A stretch of DNA of 64,000 bases. Origin: Clavelina lepadiformis (lineage: Eukaryota). Made by a program: the position numbers and the translations under genes. The notes under the pieces were generated by a model. The model saw only the letters and a program-made list of their open reading frames with translations, was not told the origin of the DNA and did no database searches. The DNA lies in assembly GCF_947623445.1 (NCBI RefSeq), contig NC_135246.1, positions 19,028,288 to 19,092,287 on the forward strand, given 5' to 3'. The number at the start of each line of letters is the position of its first letter. Within the stretch, counting starts at the first letter, position 1. This document shows, in pieces, positions 1-12,569 of this stretch.

Positions 1-465
1 AAGAAAAGCAGGAGGTGGGTGGACAAGGTTTGGAACCTGCAAACTCTGGGAGGATATTCGGCAACTTACAACCAGAGCAGTATTAACCGGTGTTGATATC
101 TTGTTATTATGCAATACCTAAATTATTCCAACATCAGTAGTTGTTACGGCTGTTAAACTTTAGTTACTGTACATTGCTTTCGTCAACCAGAATATGTTGC
201 AAATTACCCGCTCTGCCTTCAGTCAGGCCAATGGCGCAGCATCCTGATGCACATTAGGTGGAGAGTAAAGTTTAGTGAATAACAATCCAAAGGTTCCCGG
301 TTCAAACCCAGGACCTTGCAAGTCCGTTTCGGCGTATAAACTTGAATTCCAAATGTTTTCATTGGTTTTTTTAAAAAATACACCACAACTGTGCTTAATG
401 TTCAATGCAAATAGATAAAATCGCACTTTTCGCAAATCACTTATGGAAGCGTGATTCCAATTCCG

Positions 466-547
466 CGTTGTCGGCAGGATTCGAACCTAAGCGGGCAGAG
501 CCCAGCAGATTTCTAGTCTGTCGCCTTAACCACTCGGCCACGACAAC
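466..547 (-). tRNA. tRNA-Ser(AGA), class II, 82 nt
   Basis: The reverse complement reads GTTGTCGTGGCCGAGTGGTTAAGGCGACAGACTAGAAATCTGCTGGGCTCTGCCCGCTTAGGTTCGAATCCTGCCGACAACG. It has a 3-bp D stem, a long variable arm and a GGTTCGAATCC T-arm. The anticodon loop CTAGAAA gives AGA. Confidence 0.9.
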
Positions 548-624
548 TGTGCTTAATGCATAGATGAAATAGTTAAAATACCACATTTCCGAATATCCAT
601 ATGAAATTGCAAAAGTAATATCGG

Positions 625-706
625 CGTTGTCGGCAGGATTCGAACCTACGCGGGCTGGGCCCAACAGATTTCGAGTCTGTCGCCTTAACCACTCGGCCAC
701 GACAAC
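625..706 (-). tRNA. tRNA-Ser(CGA), 82 nt
   Basis: Same scaffold 159 bp downstream. The anticodon loop CTCGAAA gives CGA. Variable arm is GGGCCCAGCCC. Confidence 0.9.
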
Positions 707-783
707 TGTGCTTAATGCATAGATGAAATAGTTAAAATGGCACATTTCCGAATATCCATATGAAATTGCAAAAGTAATATCGG

Positions 784-865
784 CGTTGTCGGCAGGATTC
801 GAACCTACGCGGGCAGGGCCCAACAGATTTCGAGTCTGTCGCCTTAACCACTCGGCCACGACAAC
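784..865 (-). tRNA. tRNA-Ser(CGA), 82 nt
   Basis: Third 159-bp sub-repeat. Anticodon loop is CTCGAAA. The variable arm differs by one base, GGGCCCTGCCC. Confidence 0.9.
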
Positions 866-942
866 TGTGCTTAATGCATAGATGAAATAGATAAAATCGC
901 ACTTTTCCGAATATCCATATGAAATTGCAAAAGTAATATCGG

Positions 943-1024
943 CGTTGTCGGCAGGATTCGAACCTACGCGGGCATAGCCTAACAGATTTCAAGTCTGTCG
1001 CCTTAACCACTCGGCCACGACAAC
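943..1024 (-). tRNA. tRNA-Ser(TGA), 82 nt
   Basis: Fourth 159-bp sub-repeat. The anticodon loop CTTGAAA gives TGA. Variable arm is TAGGCTATGCC. Confidence 0.9.
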
Positions 1025-1136
1025 TGTGCTTAATGTGAAATGCAAATAGATAAAATGGCACTTTTCTCGAATCACTAGATAGATTCCACCATGTCGGTGT
1101 TTCCGGAATCTTCTCCTGACTTTCAAATCTGACAAG

Positions 1137-1310
1137 ATGAAAATGTAGCTAGCGTAGTCTAGATAAAAATCTAGCTAGTGTAGTCTAGATGAAAATGAAG
1201 CTAGCGTAGTCTAGATGAAAATCAAGCTAGCGTAGTCTAGATGAAAATCAAGCAAGCGTAGTCTAGATGAAAATCAAGCTAGCGTAGTCTAGATGAAAAT
1301 CAAGCTGATT
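1137..1310. repeat. 26-bp minisatellite, about 6.5 copies of GATGAAAATCAAGCTAGCGTAGTCTA. It recurs in every array unit at +2309n.
   Basis: Tandem 26-mers with point variants (gtagct, ctagct, gaagct, caagct, caagca) were read directly. Confidence 0.85.
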
Positions 1311-2774
1311 TCGAGACCTAGCTACGCCTACGTCTCTGTAGTGTATTAACTATAAGCTAGTTTCAACTAAATTTTAAGTATTAAAGTAAACTTCTGTTAT
1401 TTTCTTAAGGGGTCATGTCCCAATTCAAAGAGATAGGCTTTTCAATGCAAAGTACATTAAATCAAGAAGCTACCAACGCAAAACTACATCATAAACCTAC
1501 CCTGAATTTTGGCTTGCAACAAGACCTAGGTTATGTCTGTCTACAGTCTTAATTTGGACAAAATCCTTGTACTCAGTTTTCTATAACAATTGCCTAAACT
1601 TTACAACAAGTTTTTAGCTTAACATTTTATGACAAATACTCCAAAAAAACAAAAATTCAAACCCACACAAAATTTACAACTTAGCCTAGACCTGGAACCA
1701 GCTGTCGTCAAAGCAACGACGAACTACTCCACATCGACGTCACATGCGCATTGGACCGGAAAATTTTTACTTTTTTTAATATGACGCATTGAGTGCGACA
1801 CGGTCACAATCACTGTGTTGCCGGCACAAAATTGTCGTTTTATTGGGAAGTGACCCCTTAAACGTGAAGAAATTCATAAATTTTAGTTTTACTTATGACT
1901 ATATCTATATATAGATATCTATATATATTATATAAGGTAAGTGATTAGGATTAGGATTAGGTGATTAGTAGGGCAAGTTTTTGCAACTTTTGCAACTTTT
2001 TTTACAGCTTCCGGCAGCTTCCTAAATACTCAGGATTTATGTGAGTCTAGCCAGCTGGTGGTCTAGACACCAATCAGCTGGTGGTCTAGACGGTCAAATG
2101 GTCATCAAACGGTTGTTGGCTCGTCGCTCTGCGGCTCGCTGGTTTGAACCTGCAGCTTGTCTGTCGACGTTCTCCGGTTTTTCCACTGTGCTATGAGTTC
2201 CCCCCACCCACCCTATGCTTTCTGCGCATCTTGACTTTATTGCTTTAGGACTTTGGGCGTTTTTGCAATATTATTGTGCACTTTAACGCAGTCGGACTTA
2301 CAATCTCGCAAGAAAAGCAGGAGGTGGGTGGACAAGGTTTGGAACCTGCAAACTCTGGGAGGATATTCGGCAACTTACAACCAGAGCAGTATTAACCGGT
2401 GTTGATATCTTGTTATTATGCAATACCTAAATTATTCCAACATCAGTAGTTGTTACGGCTGTTAAACTTTAGTTACTGTACATTGCTTTCGTCAACCAGA
2501 ATATGTTGCAAATTACCCGCTCTGCCTTCAGTCAGGCCAATGGCGCAGCATCCTGATGCACATTAGGTGGAGAGTAAAGTTTAGTGAATAACAATCCAAA
2601 GGTTCCCGGTTCAAACCCAGGACCTTGCAAGTCCGTTTCGGCGTATAAACTTGAATTCCAAATGTTTTCATTGGTTTTTTTAAAAAATACACCACAACTG
2701 TGCTTAATGTTCAATGCAAATAGATAAAATCGCACTTTTCGCAAATCACTTATGGAAGCGTGATTCCAATTCCG

Positions 2775-2856
2775 CGTTGTCGGCAGGATTCGAACCTAAG
2801 CGGGCAGAGCCCAGCAGATTTCTAGTCTGTCGCCTTAACCACTCGGCCACGACAAC
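2775..2856 (-). tRNA. tRNA-Ser(AGA), unit 2
   Basis: Identical copy of 466..547, offset +2309. Confidence 0.9.
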
Positions 2857-2933
2857 TGTGCTTAATGCATAGATGAAATAGTTAAAATACCACATTTCCG
2901 AATATCCATATGAAATTGCAAAAGTAATATCGG

Positions 2934-3015
2934 CGTTGTCGGCAGGATTCGAACCTACGCGGGCTGGGCCCAACAGATTTCGAGTCTGTCGCCTTAACCA
3001 CTCGGCCACGACAAC
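2934..3015 (-). tRNA. tRNA-Ser(CGA), unit 2
   Basis: Identical copy of 625..706, offset +2309. Confidence 0.9.
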
Positions 3016-3092
3016 TGTGCTTAATGCATAGATGAAATAGTTAAAATGGCACATTTCCGAATATCCATATGAAATTGCAAAAGTAATATCGG

Positions 3093-3174
3093 CGTTGTCG
3101 GCAGGATTCGAACCTACGCGGGCAGGGCCCAACAGATTTCGAGTCTGTCGCCTTAACCACTCGGCCACGACAAC
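3093..3174 (-). tRNA. tRNA-Ser(CGA), unit 2
   Basis: Identical copy of 784..865, offset +2309. Confidence 0.9.
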
Positions 3175-3251
3175 TGTGCTTAATGCATAGATGAAATAGA
3201 TAAAATCGCACTTTTCCGAATATCCATATGAAATTGCAAAAGTAATATCGG

Positions 3252-3333
3252 CGTTGTCGGCAGGATTCGAACCTACGCGGGCATAGCCTAACAGATTTCA
3301 AGTCTGTCGCCTTAACCACTCGGCCACGACAAC
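3252..3333 (-). tRNA. tRNA-Ser(TGA), unit 2
   Basis: Identical copy of 943..1024, offset +2309. Confidence 0.9.
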
Positions 3334-5083
3334 TGTGCTTAATGTGAAATGCAAATAGATAAAATGGCACTTTTCTCGAATCACTAGATAGATTCCACCA
3401 TGTCGGTGTTTCCGGAATCTTCTCCTGACTTTCAAATCTGACAAGATGAAAATGTAGCTAGCGTAGTCTAGATAAAAATCTAGCTAGTGTAGTCTAGATG
3501 AAAATGAAGCTAGCGTAGTCTAGATGAAAATCAAGCTAGCGTAGTCTAGATGAAAATCAAGCAAGCGTAGTCTAGATGAAAATCAAGCTAGCGTAGTCTA
3601 GATGAAAATCAAGCTGATTTCGAGACCTAGCTACGCCTACGTCTCTGTAGTGTATTAACTATAAGCTAGTTTCAACTAAATTTTAAGTATTAAAGTAAAC
3701 TTCTGTTATTTTCTTAAGGGGTCATGTCCCAATTCAAAGAGATAGGCTTTTCAATGCAAAGTACATTAAATCAAGAAGCTACCAACGCAAAACTACATCA
3801 TAAACCTACCCTGAATTTTGGCTTGCAACAAGACCTAGGTTATGTCTGTCTACAGTCTTAATTTGGACAAAATCCTTGTACTCAGTTTTCTATAACAATT
3901 GCCTAAACTTTACAACAAGTTTTTAGCTTAACATTTTATGACAAATACTCCAAAAAAACAAAAATTCAAACCCACACAAAATTTACAACTTAGCCTAGAC
4001 CTGGAACCAGCTGTCGTCAAAGCAACGACGAACTACTCCACATCGACGTCACATGCGCATTGGACCGGAAAATTTTTACTTTTTTTAATATGACGCATTG
4101 AGTGCGACACGGTCACAATCACTGTGTTGCCGGCACAAAATTGTCGTTTTATTGGGAAGTGACCCCTTAAACGTGAAGAAATTCATAAATTTTAGTTTTA
4201 CTTATGACTATATCTATATATAGATATCTATATATATTATATAAGGTAAGTGATTAGGATTAGGATTAGGTGATTAGTAGGGCAAGTTTTTGCAACTTTT
4301 GCAACTTTTTTTACAGCTTCCGGCAGCTTCCTAAATACTCAGGATTTATGTGAGTCTAGCCAGCTGGTGGTCTAGACACCAATCAGCTGGTGGTCTAGAC
4401 GGTCAAATGGTCATCAAACGGTTGTTGGCTCGTCGCTCTGCGGCTCGCTGGTTTGAACCTGCAGCTTGTCTGTCGACGTTCTCCGGTTTTTCCACTGTGC
4501 TATGAGTTCCCCCCACCCACCCTATGCTTTCTGCGCATCTTGACTTTATTGCTTTAGGACTTTGGGCGTTTTTGCAATATTATTGTGCACTTTAACGCAG
4601 TCGGACTTACAATCTCGCAAGAAAAGCAGGAGGTGGGTGGACAAGGTTTGGAACCTGCAAACTCTGGGAGGATATTCGGCAACTTACAACCAGAGCAGTA
4701 TTAACCGGTGTTGATATCTTGTTATTATGCAATACCTAAATTATTCCAACATCAGTAGTTGTTACGGCTGTTAAACTTTAGTTACTGTACATTGCTTTCG
4801 TCAACCAGAATATGTTGCAAATTACCCGCTCTGCCTTCAGTCAGGCCAATGGCGCAGCATCCTGATGCACATTAGGTGGAGAGTAAAGTTTAGTGAATAA
4901 CAATCCAAAGGTTCCCGGTTCAAACCCAGGACCTTGCAAGTCCGTTTCGGCGTATAAACTTGAATTCCAAATGTTTTCATTGGTTTTTTTAAAAAATACA
5001 CCACAACTGTGCTTAATGTTCAATGCAAATAGATAAAATCGCACTTTTCGCAAATCACTTATGGAAGCGTGATTCCAATTCCG

Positions 5084-5165
5084 CGTTGTCGGCAGGATTC
5101 GAACCTAAGCGGGCAGAGCCCAGCAGATTTCTAGTCTGTCGCCTTAACCACTCGGCCACGACAAC
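5084..5165 (-). tRNA. tRNA-Ser(AGA), unit 3
   Basis: Identical copy, offset +4618. Confidence 0.9.
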
Positions 5166-5242
5166 TGTGCTTAATGCATAGATGAAATAGTTAAAATACC
5201 ACATTTCCGAATATCCATATGAAATTGCAAAAGTAATATCGG

Positions 5243-5324
5243 CGTTGTCGGCAGGATTCGAACCTACGCGGGCTGGGCCCAACAGATTTCGAGTCTGTCG
5301 CCTTAACCACTCGGCCACGACAAC
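5243..5324 (-). tRNA. tRNA-Ser(CGA), unit 3
   Basis: Identical copy, offset +4618. Confidence 0.9.
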
Positions 5325-5401
5325 TGTGCTTAATGCATAGATGAAATAGTTAAAATGGCACATTTCCGAATATCCATATGAAATTGCAAAAGTAATATCG
5401 G

Positions 5402-5483
5402 CGTTGTCGGCAGGATTCGAACCTACGCGGGCAGGGCCCAACAGATTTCGAGTCTGTCGCCTTAACCACTCGGCCACGACAAC
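5402..5483 (-). tRNA. tRNA-Ser(CGA), unit 3
   Basis: Identical copy, offset +4618. Confidence 0.9.
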
Positions 5484-5560
5484 TGTGCTTAATGCATAGA
5501 TGAAATAGATAAAATCGCACTTTTCCGAATATCCATATGAAATTGCAAAAGTAATATCGG

Positions 5561-5642
5561 CGTTGTCGGCAGGATTCGAACCTACGCGGGCATAGCCTAA
5601 CAGATTTCAAGTCTGTCGCCTTAACCACTCGGCCACGACAAC
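5561..5642 (-). tRNA. tRNA-Ser(TGA), unit 3
   Basis: Identical copy, offset +4618. Confidence 0.9.
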
Positions 5643-7392
5643 TGTGCTTAATGTGAAATGCAAATAGATAAAATGGCACTTTTCTCGAATCACTAGATAG
5701 ATTCCACCATGTCGGTGTTTCCGGAATCTTCTCCTGACTTTCAAATCTGACAAGATGAAAATGTAGCTAGCGTAGTCTAGATAAAAATCTAGCTAGTGTA
5801 GTCTAGATGAAAATGAAGCTAGCGTAGTCTAGATGAAAATCAAGCTAGCGTAGTCTAGATGAAAATCAAGCAAGCGTAGTCTAGATGAAAATCAAGCTAG
5901 CGTAGTCTAGATGAAAATCAAGCTGATTTCGAGACCTAGCTACGCCTACGTCTCTGTAGTGTATTAACTATAAGCTAGTTTCAACTAAATTTTAAGTATT
6001 AAAGTAAACTTCTGTTATTTTCTTAAGGGGTCATGTCCCAATTCAAAGAGATAGGCTTTTCAATGCAAAGTACATTAAATCAAGAAGCTACCAACGCAAA
6101 ACTACATCATAAACCTACCCTGAATTTTGGCTTGCAACAAGACCTAGGTTATGTCTGTCTACAGTCTTAATTTGGACAAAATCCTTGTACTCAGTTTTCT
6201 ATAACAATTGCCTAAACTTTACAACAAGTTTTTAGCTTAACATTTTATGACAAATACTCCAAAAAAACAAAAATTCAAACCCACACAAAATTTACAACTT
6301 AGCCTAGACCTGGAACCAGCTGTCGTCAAAGCAACGACGAACTACTCCACATCGACGTCACATGCGCATTGGACCGGAAAATTTTTACTTTTTTTAATAT
6401 GACGCATTGAGTGCGACACGGTCACAATCACTGTGTTGCCGGCACAAAATTGTCGTTTTATTGGGAAGTGACCCCTTAAACGTGAAGAAATTCATAAATT
6501 TTAGTTTTACTTATGACTATATCTATATATAGATATCTATATATATTATATAAGGTAAGTGATTAGGATTAGGATTAGGTGATTAGTAGGGCAAGTTTTT
6601 GCAACTTTTGCAACTTTTTTTACAGCTTCCGGCAGCTTCCTAAATACTCAGGATTTATGTGAGTCTAGCCAGCTGGTGGTCTAGACACCAATCAGCTGGT
6701 GGTCTAGACGGTCAAATGGTCATCAAACGGTTGTTGGCTCGTCGCTCTGCGGCTCGCTGGTTTGAACCTGCAGCTTGTCTGTCGACGTTCTCCGGTTTTT
6801 CCACTGTGCTATGAGTTCCCCCCACCCACCCTATGCTTTCTGCGCATCTTGACTTTATTGCTTTAGGACTTTGGGCGTTTTTGCAATATTATTGTGCACT
6901 TTAACGCAGTCGGACTTACAATCTCGCAAGAAAAGCAGGAGGTGGGTGGACAAGGTTTGGAACCTGCAAACTCTGGGAGGATATTCGGCAACTTACAACC
7001 AGAGCAGTATTAACCGGTGTTGATATCTTGTTATTATGCAATACCTAAATTATTCCAACATCAGTAGTTGTTACGGCTGTTAAACTTTAGTTACTGTACA
7101 TTGCTTTCGTCAACCAGAATATGTTGCAAATTACCCGCTCTGCCTTCAGTCAGGCCAATGGCGCAGCATCCTGATGCACATTAGGTGGAGAGTAAAGTTT
7201 AGTGAATAACAATCCAAAGGTTCCCGGTTCAAACCCAGGACCTTGCAAGTCCGTTTCGGCGTATAAACTTGAATTCCAAATGTTTTCATTGGTTTTTTTA
7301 AAAAATACACCACAACTGTGCTTAATGTTCAATGCAAATAGATAAAATCGCACTTTTCGCAAATCACTTATGGAAGCGTGATTCCAATTCCG

Positions 7393-7474
7393 CGTTGTCG
7401 GCAGGATTCGAACCTAAGCGGGCAGAGCCCAGCAGATTTCTAGTCTGTCGCCTTAACCACTCGGCCACGACAAC
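7393..7474 (-). tRNA. tRNA-Ser(AGA), unit 4
   Basis: Identical copy, offset +6927. Confidence 0.9.
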
Positions 7475-7551
7475 TGTGCTTAATGCATAGATGAAATAGT
7501 TAAAATACCACATTTCCGAATATCCATATGAAATTGCAAAAGTAATATCGG

Positions 7552-7633
7552 CGTTGTCGGCAGGATTCGAACCTACGCGGGCTGGGCCCAACAGATTTCG
7601 AGTCTGTCGCCTTAACCACTCGGCCACGACAAC
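7552..7633 (-). tRNA. tRNA-Ser(CGA), unit 4
   Basis: Identical copy, offset +6927. Confidence 0.9.
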
Positions 7634-7710
7634 TGTGCTTAATGCATAGATGAAATAGTTAAAATGGCACATTTCCGAATATCCATATGAAATTGCAAAA
7701 GTAATATCGG

Positions 7711-7792
7711 CGTTGTCGGCAGGATTCGAACCTACGCGGGCAGGGCCCAACAGATTTCGAGTCTGTCGCCTTAACCACTCGGCCACGACAAC
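7711..7792 (-). tRNA. tRNA-Ser(CGA), unit 4
   Basis: Identical copy, offset +6927. Confidence 0.9.
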
Positions 7793-7869
7793 TGTGCTTA
7801 ATGCATAGATGAAATAGATAAAATCGCACTTTTCCGAATATCCATATGAAATTGCAAAAGTAATATCGG

Positions 7870-7951
7870 CGTTGTCGGCAGGATTCGAACCTACGCGGGC
7901 ATAGCCTAACAGATTTCAAGTCTGTCGCCTTAACCACTCGGCCACGACAAC
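7870..7951 (-). tRNA. tRNA-Ser(TGA), unit 4
   Basis: Identical copy, offset +6927. Confidence 0.9.
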
Positions 7952-9701
7952 TGTGCTTAATGTGAAATGCAAATAGATAAAATGGCACTTTTCTCGAATC
8001 ACTAGATAGATTCCACCATGTCGGTGTTTCCGGAATCTTCTCCTGACTTTCAAATCTGACAAGATGAAAATGTAGCTAGCGTAGTCTAGATAAAAATCTA
8101 GCTAGTGTAGTCTAGATGAAAATGAAGCTAGCGTAGTCTAGATGAAAATCAAGCTAGCGTAGTCTAGATGAAAATCAAGCAAGCGTAGTCTAGATGAAAA
8201 TCAAGCTAGCGTAGTCTAGATGAAAATCAAGCTGATTTCGAGACCTAGCTACGCCTACGTCTCTGTAGTGTATTAACTATAAGCTAGTTTCAACTAAATT
8301 TTAAGTATTAAAGTAAACTTCTGTTATTTTCTTAAGGGGTCATGTCCCAATTCAAAGAGATAGGCTTTTCAATGCAAAGTACATTAAATCAAGAAGCTAC
8401 CAACGCAAAACTACATCATAAACCTACCCTGAATTTTGGCTTGCAACAAGACCTAGGTTATGTCTGTCTACAGTCTTAATTTGGACAAAATCCTTGTACT
8501 CAGTTTTCTATAACAATTGCCTAAACTTTACAACAAGTTTTTAGCTTAACATTTTATGACAAATACTCCAAAAAAACAAAAATTCAAACCCACACAAAAT
8601 TTACAACTTAGCCTAGACCTGGAACCAGCTGTCGTCAAAGCAACGACGAACTACTCCACATCGACGTCACATGCGCATTGGACCGGAAAATTTTTACTTT
8701 TTTTAATATGACGCATTGAGTGCGACACGGTCACAATCACTGTGTTGCCGGCACAAAATTGTCGTTTTATTGGGAAGTGACCCCTTAAACGTGAAGAAAT
8801 TCATAAATTTTAGTTTTACTTATGACTATATCTATATATAGATATCTATATATATTATATAAGGTAAGTGATTAGGATTAGGATTAGGTGATTAGTAGGG
8901 CAAGTTTTTGCAACTTTTGCAACTTTTTTTACAGCTTCCGGCAGCTTCCTAAATACTCAGGATTTATGTGAGTCTAGCCAGCTGGTGGTCTAGACACCAA
9001 TCAGCTGGTGGTCTAGACGGTCAAATGGTCATCAAACGGTTGTTGGCTCGTCGCTCTGCGGCTCGCTGGTTTGAACCTGCAGCTTGTCTGTCGACGTTCT
9101 CCGGTTTTTCCACTGTGCTATGAGTTCCCCCCACCCACCCTATGCTTTCTGCGCATCTTGACTTTATTGCTTTAGGACTTTGGGCGTTTTTGCAATATTA
9201 TTGTGCACTTTAACGCAGTCGGACTTACAATCTCGCAAGAAAAGCAGGAGGTGGGTGGACAAGGTTTGGAACCTGCAAACTCTGGGAGGATATTCGGCAA
9301 CTTACAACCAGAGCAGTATTAACCGGTGTTGATATCTTGTTATTATGCAATACCTAAATTATTCCAACATCAGTAGTTGTTACGGCTGTTAAACTTTAGT
9401 TACTGTACATTGCTTTCGTCAACCAGAATATGTTGCAAATTACCCGCTCTGCCTTCAGTCAGGCCAATGGCGCAGCATCCTGATGCACATTAGGTGGAGA
9501 GTAAAGTTTAGTGAATAACAATCCAAAGGTTCCCGGTTCAAACCCAGGACCTTGCAAGTCCGTTTCGGCGTATAAACTTGAATTCCAAATGTTTTCATTG
9601 GTTTTTTTAAAAAATACACCACAACTGTGCTTAATGTTCAATGCAAATAGATAAAATCGCACTTTTCGCAAATCACTTATGGAAGCGTGATTCCAATTCC
9701 G

Positions 9702-9783
9702 CGTTGTCGGCAGGATTCGAACCTAAGCGGGCAGAGCCCAGCAGATTTCTAGTCTGTCGCCTTAACCACTCGGCCACGACAAC
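9702..9783 (-). tRNA. tRNA-Ser(AGA), unit 5
   Basis: Identical copy, offset +9236. Confidence 0.9.
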
Positions 9784-9860
9784 TGTGCTTAATGCATAGA
9801 TGAAATAGTTAAAATACCACATTTCCGAATATCCATATGAAATTGCAAAAGTAATATCGG

Positions 9861-9942
9861 CGTTGTCGGCAGGATTCGAACCTACGCGGGCTGGGCCCAA
9901 CAGATTTCGAGTCTGTCGCCTTAACCACTCGGCCACGACAAC
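9861..9942 (-). tRNA. tRNA-Ser(CGA), unit 5
   Basis: Identical copy, offset +9236. Confidence 0.9.
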
Positions 9943-10019
9943 TGTGCTTAATGCATAGATGAAATAGTTAAAATGGCACATTTCCGAATATCCATATGAA
10001 ATTGCAAAAGTAATATCGG

Positions 10020-10101
10020 CGTTGTCGGCAGGATTCGAACCTACGCGGGCAGGGCCCAACAGATTTCGAGTCTGTCGCCTTAACCACTCGGCCACGACAA
10101 C
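10020..10101 (-). tRNA. tRNA-Ser(CGA), unit 5
   Basis: Identical copy, offset +9236. Confidence 0.9.
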
Positions 10102-10178
10102 TGTGCTTAATGCATAGATGAAATAGATAAAATCGCACTTTTCCGAATATCCATATGAAATTGCAAAAGTAATATCGG

Positions 10179-10260
10179 CGTTGTCGGCAGGATTCGAACC
10201 TACGCGGGCATAGCCTAACAGATTTCAAGTCTGTCGCCTTAACCACTCGGCCACGACAAC
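10179..10260 (-). tRNA. tRNA-Ser(TGA), unit 5
   Basis: Identical copy, offset +9236. Confidence 0.9.
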
Positions 10261-12010
10261 TGTGCTTAATGTGAAATGCAAATAGATAAAATGGCACTTT
10301 TCTCGAATCACTAGATAGATTCCACCATGTCGGTGTTTCCGGAATCTTCTCCTGACTTTCAAATCTGACAAGATGAAAATGTAGCTAGCGTAGTCTAGAT
10401 AAAAATCTAGCTAGTGTAGTCTAGATGAAAATGAAGCTAGCGTAGTCTAGATGAAAATCAAGCTAGCGTAGTCTAGATGAAAATCAAGCAAGCGTAGTCT
10501 AGATGAAAATCAAGCTAGCGTAGTCTAGATGAAAATCAAGCTGATTTCGAGACCTAGCTACGCCTACGTCTCTGTAGTGTATTAACTATAAGCTAGTTTC
10601 AACTAAATTTTAAGTATTAAAGTAAACTTCTGTTATTTTCTTAAGGGGTCATGTCCCAATTCAAAGAGATAGGCTTTTCAATGCAAAGTACATTAAATCA
10701 AGAAGCTACCAACGCAAAACTACATCATAAACCTACCCTGAATTTTGGCTTGCAACAAGACCTAGGTTATGTCTGTCTACAGTCTTAATTTGGACAAAAT
10801 CCTTGTACTCAGTTTTCTATAACAATTGCCTAAACTTTACAACAAGTTTTTAGCTTAACATTTTATGACAAATACTCCAAAAAAACAAAAATTCAAACCC
10901 ACACAAAATTTACAACTTAGCCTAGACCTGGAACCAGCTGTCGTCAAAGCAACGACGAACTACTCCACATCGACGTCACATGCGCATTGGACCGGAAAAT
11001 TTTTACTTTTTTTAATATGACGCATTGAGTGCGACACGGTCACAATCACTGTGTTGCCGGCACAAAATTGTCGTTTTATTGGGAAGTGACCCCTTAAACG
11101 TGAAGAAATTCATAAATTTTAGTTTTACTTATGACTATATCTATATATAGATATCTATATATATTATATAAGGTAAGTGATTAGGATTAGGATTAGGTGA
11201 TTAGTAGGGCAAGTTTTTGCAACTTTTGCAACTTTTTTTACAGCTTCCGGCAGCTTCCTAAATACTCAGGATTTATGTGAGTCTAGCCAGCTGGTGGTCT
11301 AGACACCAATCAGCTGGTGGTCTAGACGGTCAAATGGTCATCAAACGGTTGTTGGCTCGTCGCTCTGCGGCTCGCTGGTTTGAACCTGCAGCTTGTCTGT
11401 CGACGTTCTCCGGTTTTTCCACTGTGCTATGAGTTCCCCCCACCCACCCTATGCTTTCTGCGCATCTTGACTTTATTGCTTTAGGACTTTGGGCGTTTTT
11501 GCAATATTATTGTGCACTTTAACGCAGTCGGACTTACAATCTCGCAAGAAAAGCAGGAGGTGGGTGGACAAGGTTTGGAACCTGCAAACTCTGGGAGGAT
11601 ATTCGGCAACTTACAACCAGAGCAGTATTAACCGGTGTTGATATCTTGTTATTATGCAATACCTAAATTATTCCAACATCAGTAGTTGTTACGGCTGTTA
11701 AACTTTAGTTACTGTACATTGCTTTCGTCAACCAGAATATGTTGCAAATTACCCGCTCTGCCTTCAGTCAGGCCAATGGCGCAGCATCCTGATGCACATT
11801 AGGTGGAGAGTAAAGTTTAGTGAATAACAATCCAAAGGTTCCCGGTTCAAACCCAGGACCTTGCAAGTCCGTTTCGGCGTATAAACTTGAATTCCAAATG
11901 TTTTCATTGGTTTTTTTAAAAAATACACCACAACTGTGCTTAATGTTCAATGCAAATAGATAAAATCGCACTTTTCGCAAATCACTTATGGAAGCGTGAT
12001 TCCAATTCCG

Positions 12011-12092
12011 CGTTGTCGGCAGGATTCGAACCTAAGCGGGCAGAGCCCAGCAGATTTCTAGTCTGTCGCCTTAACCACTCGGCCACGACAAC
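12011..12092 (-). tRNA. tRNA-Ser(AGA), unit 6
   Basis: Identical copy, offset +11545. Confidence 0.9.
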
Positions 12093-12169
12093 TGTGCTTA
12101 ATGCATAGATGAAATAGTTAAAATACCACATTTCCGAATATCCATATGAAATTGCAAAAGTAATATCGG

Positions 12170-12251
12170 CGTTGTCGGCAGGATTCGAACCTACGCGGGC
12201 TGGGCCCAACAGATTTCGAGTCTGTCGCCTTAACCACTCGGCCACGACAAC
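12170..12251 (-). tRNA. tRNA-Ser(CGA), unit 6
   Basis: Identical copy, offset +11545. Confidence 0.9.
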
Positions 12252-12328
12252 TGTGCTTAATGCATAGATGAAATAGTTAAAATGGCACATTTCCGAATAT
12301 CCATATGAAATTGCAAAAGTAATATCGG

Positions 12329-12410
12329 CGTTGTCGGCAGGATTCGAACCTACGCGGGCAGGGCCCAACAGATTTCGAGTCTGTCGCCTTAACCACTCGG
12401 CCACGACAAC
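12329..12410 (-). tRNA. tRNA-Ser(CGA), unit 6
   Basis: Identical copy, offset +11545. Confidence 0.9.
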
Positions 12411-12487
12411 TGTGCTTAATGCATAGATGAAATAGATAAAATCGCACTTTTCCGAATATCCATATGAAATTGCAAAAGTAATATCGG

Positions 12488-12569
12488 CGTTGTCGGCAGG
12501 ATTCGAACCTACGCGGGCATAGCCTAACAGATTTCAAGTCTGTCGCCTTAACCACTCGGCCACGACAAC
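12488..12569 (-). tRNA. tRNA-Ser(TGA), unit 6
   Basis: Identical copy, offset +11545. Confidence 0.9.

Noticed and set aside
223-1061. ORFs of 70, 140 and 109 aa on the minus strand, recurring in every array unit (for example 437-859 'MAEWLRRQTRNLLGPARVGSNPADN...')
   Set aside because: They are read-through translations of the tRNA-Ser genes and spacers. The repeated peptide GPARVGSNPADN is the T-arm and acceptor region of the tRNA in another frame. Their internal repetition reflects the 159-bp sub-repeat. They are not protein-coding.
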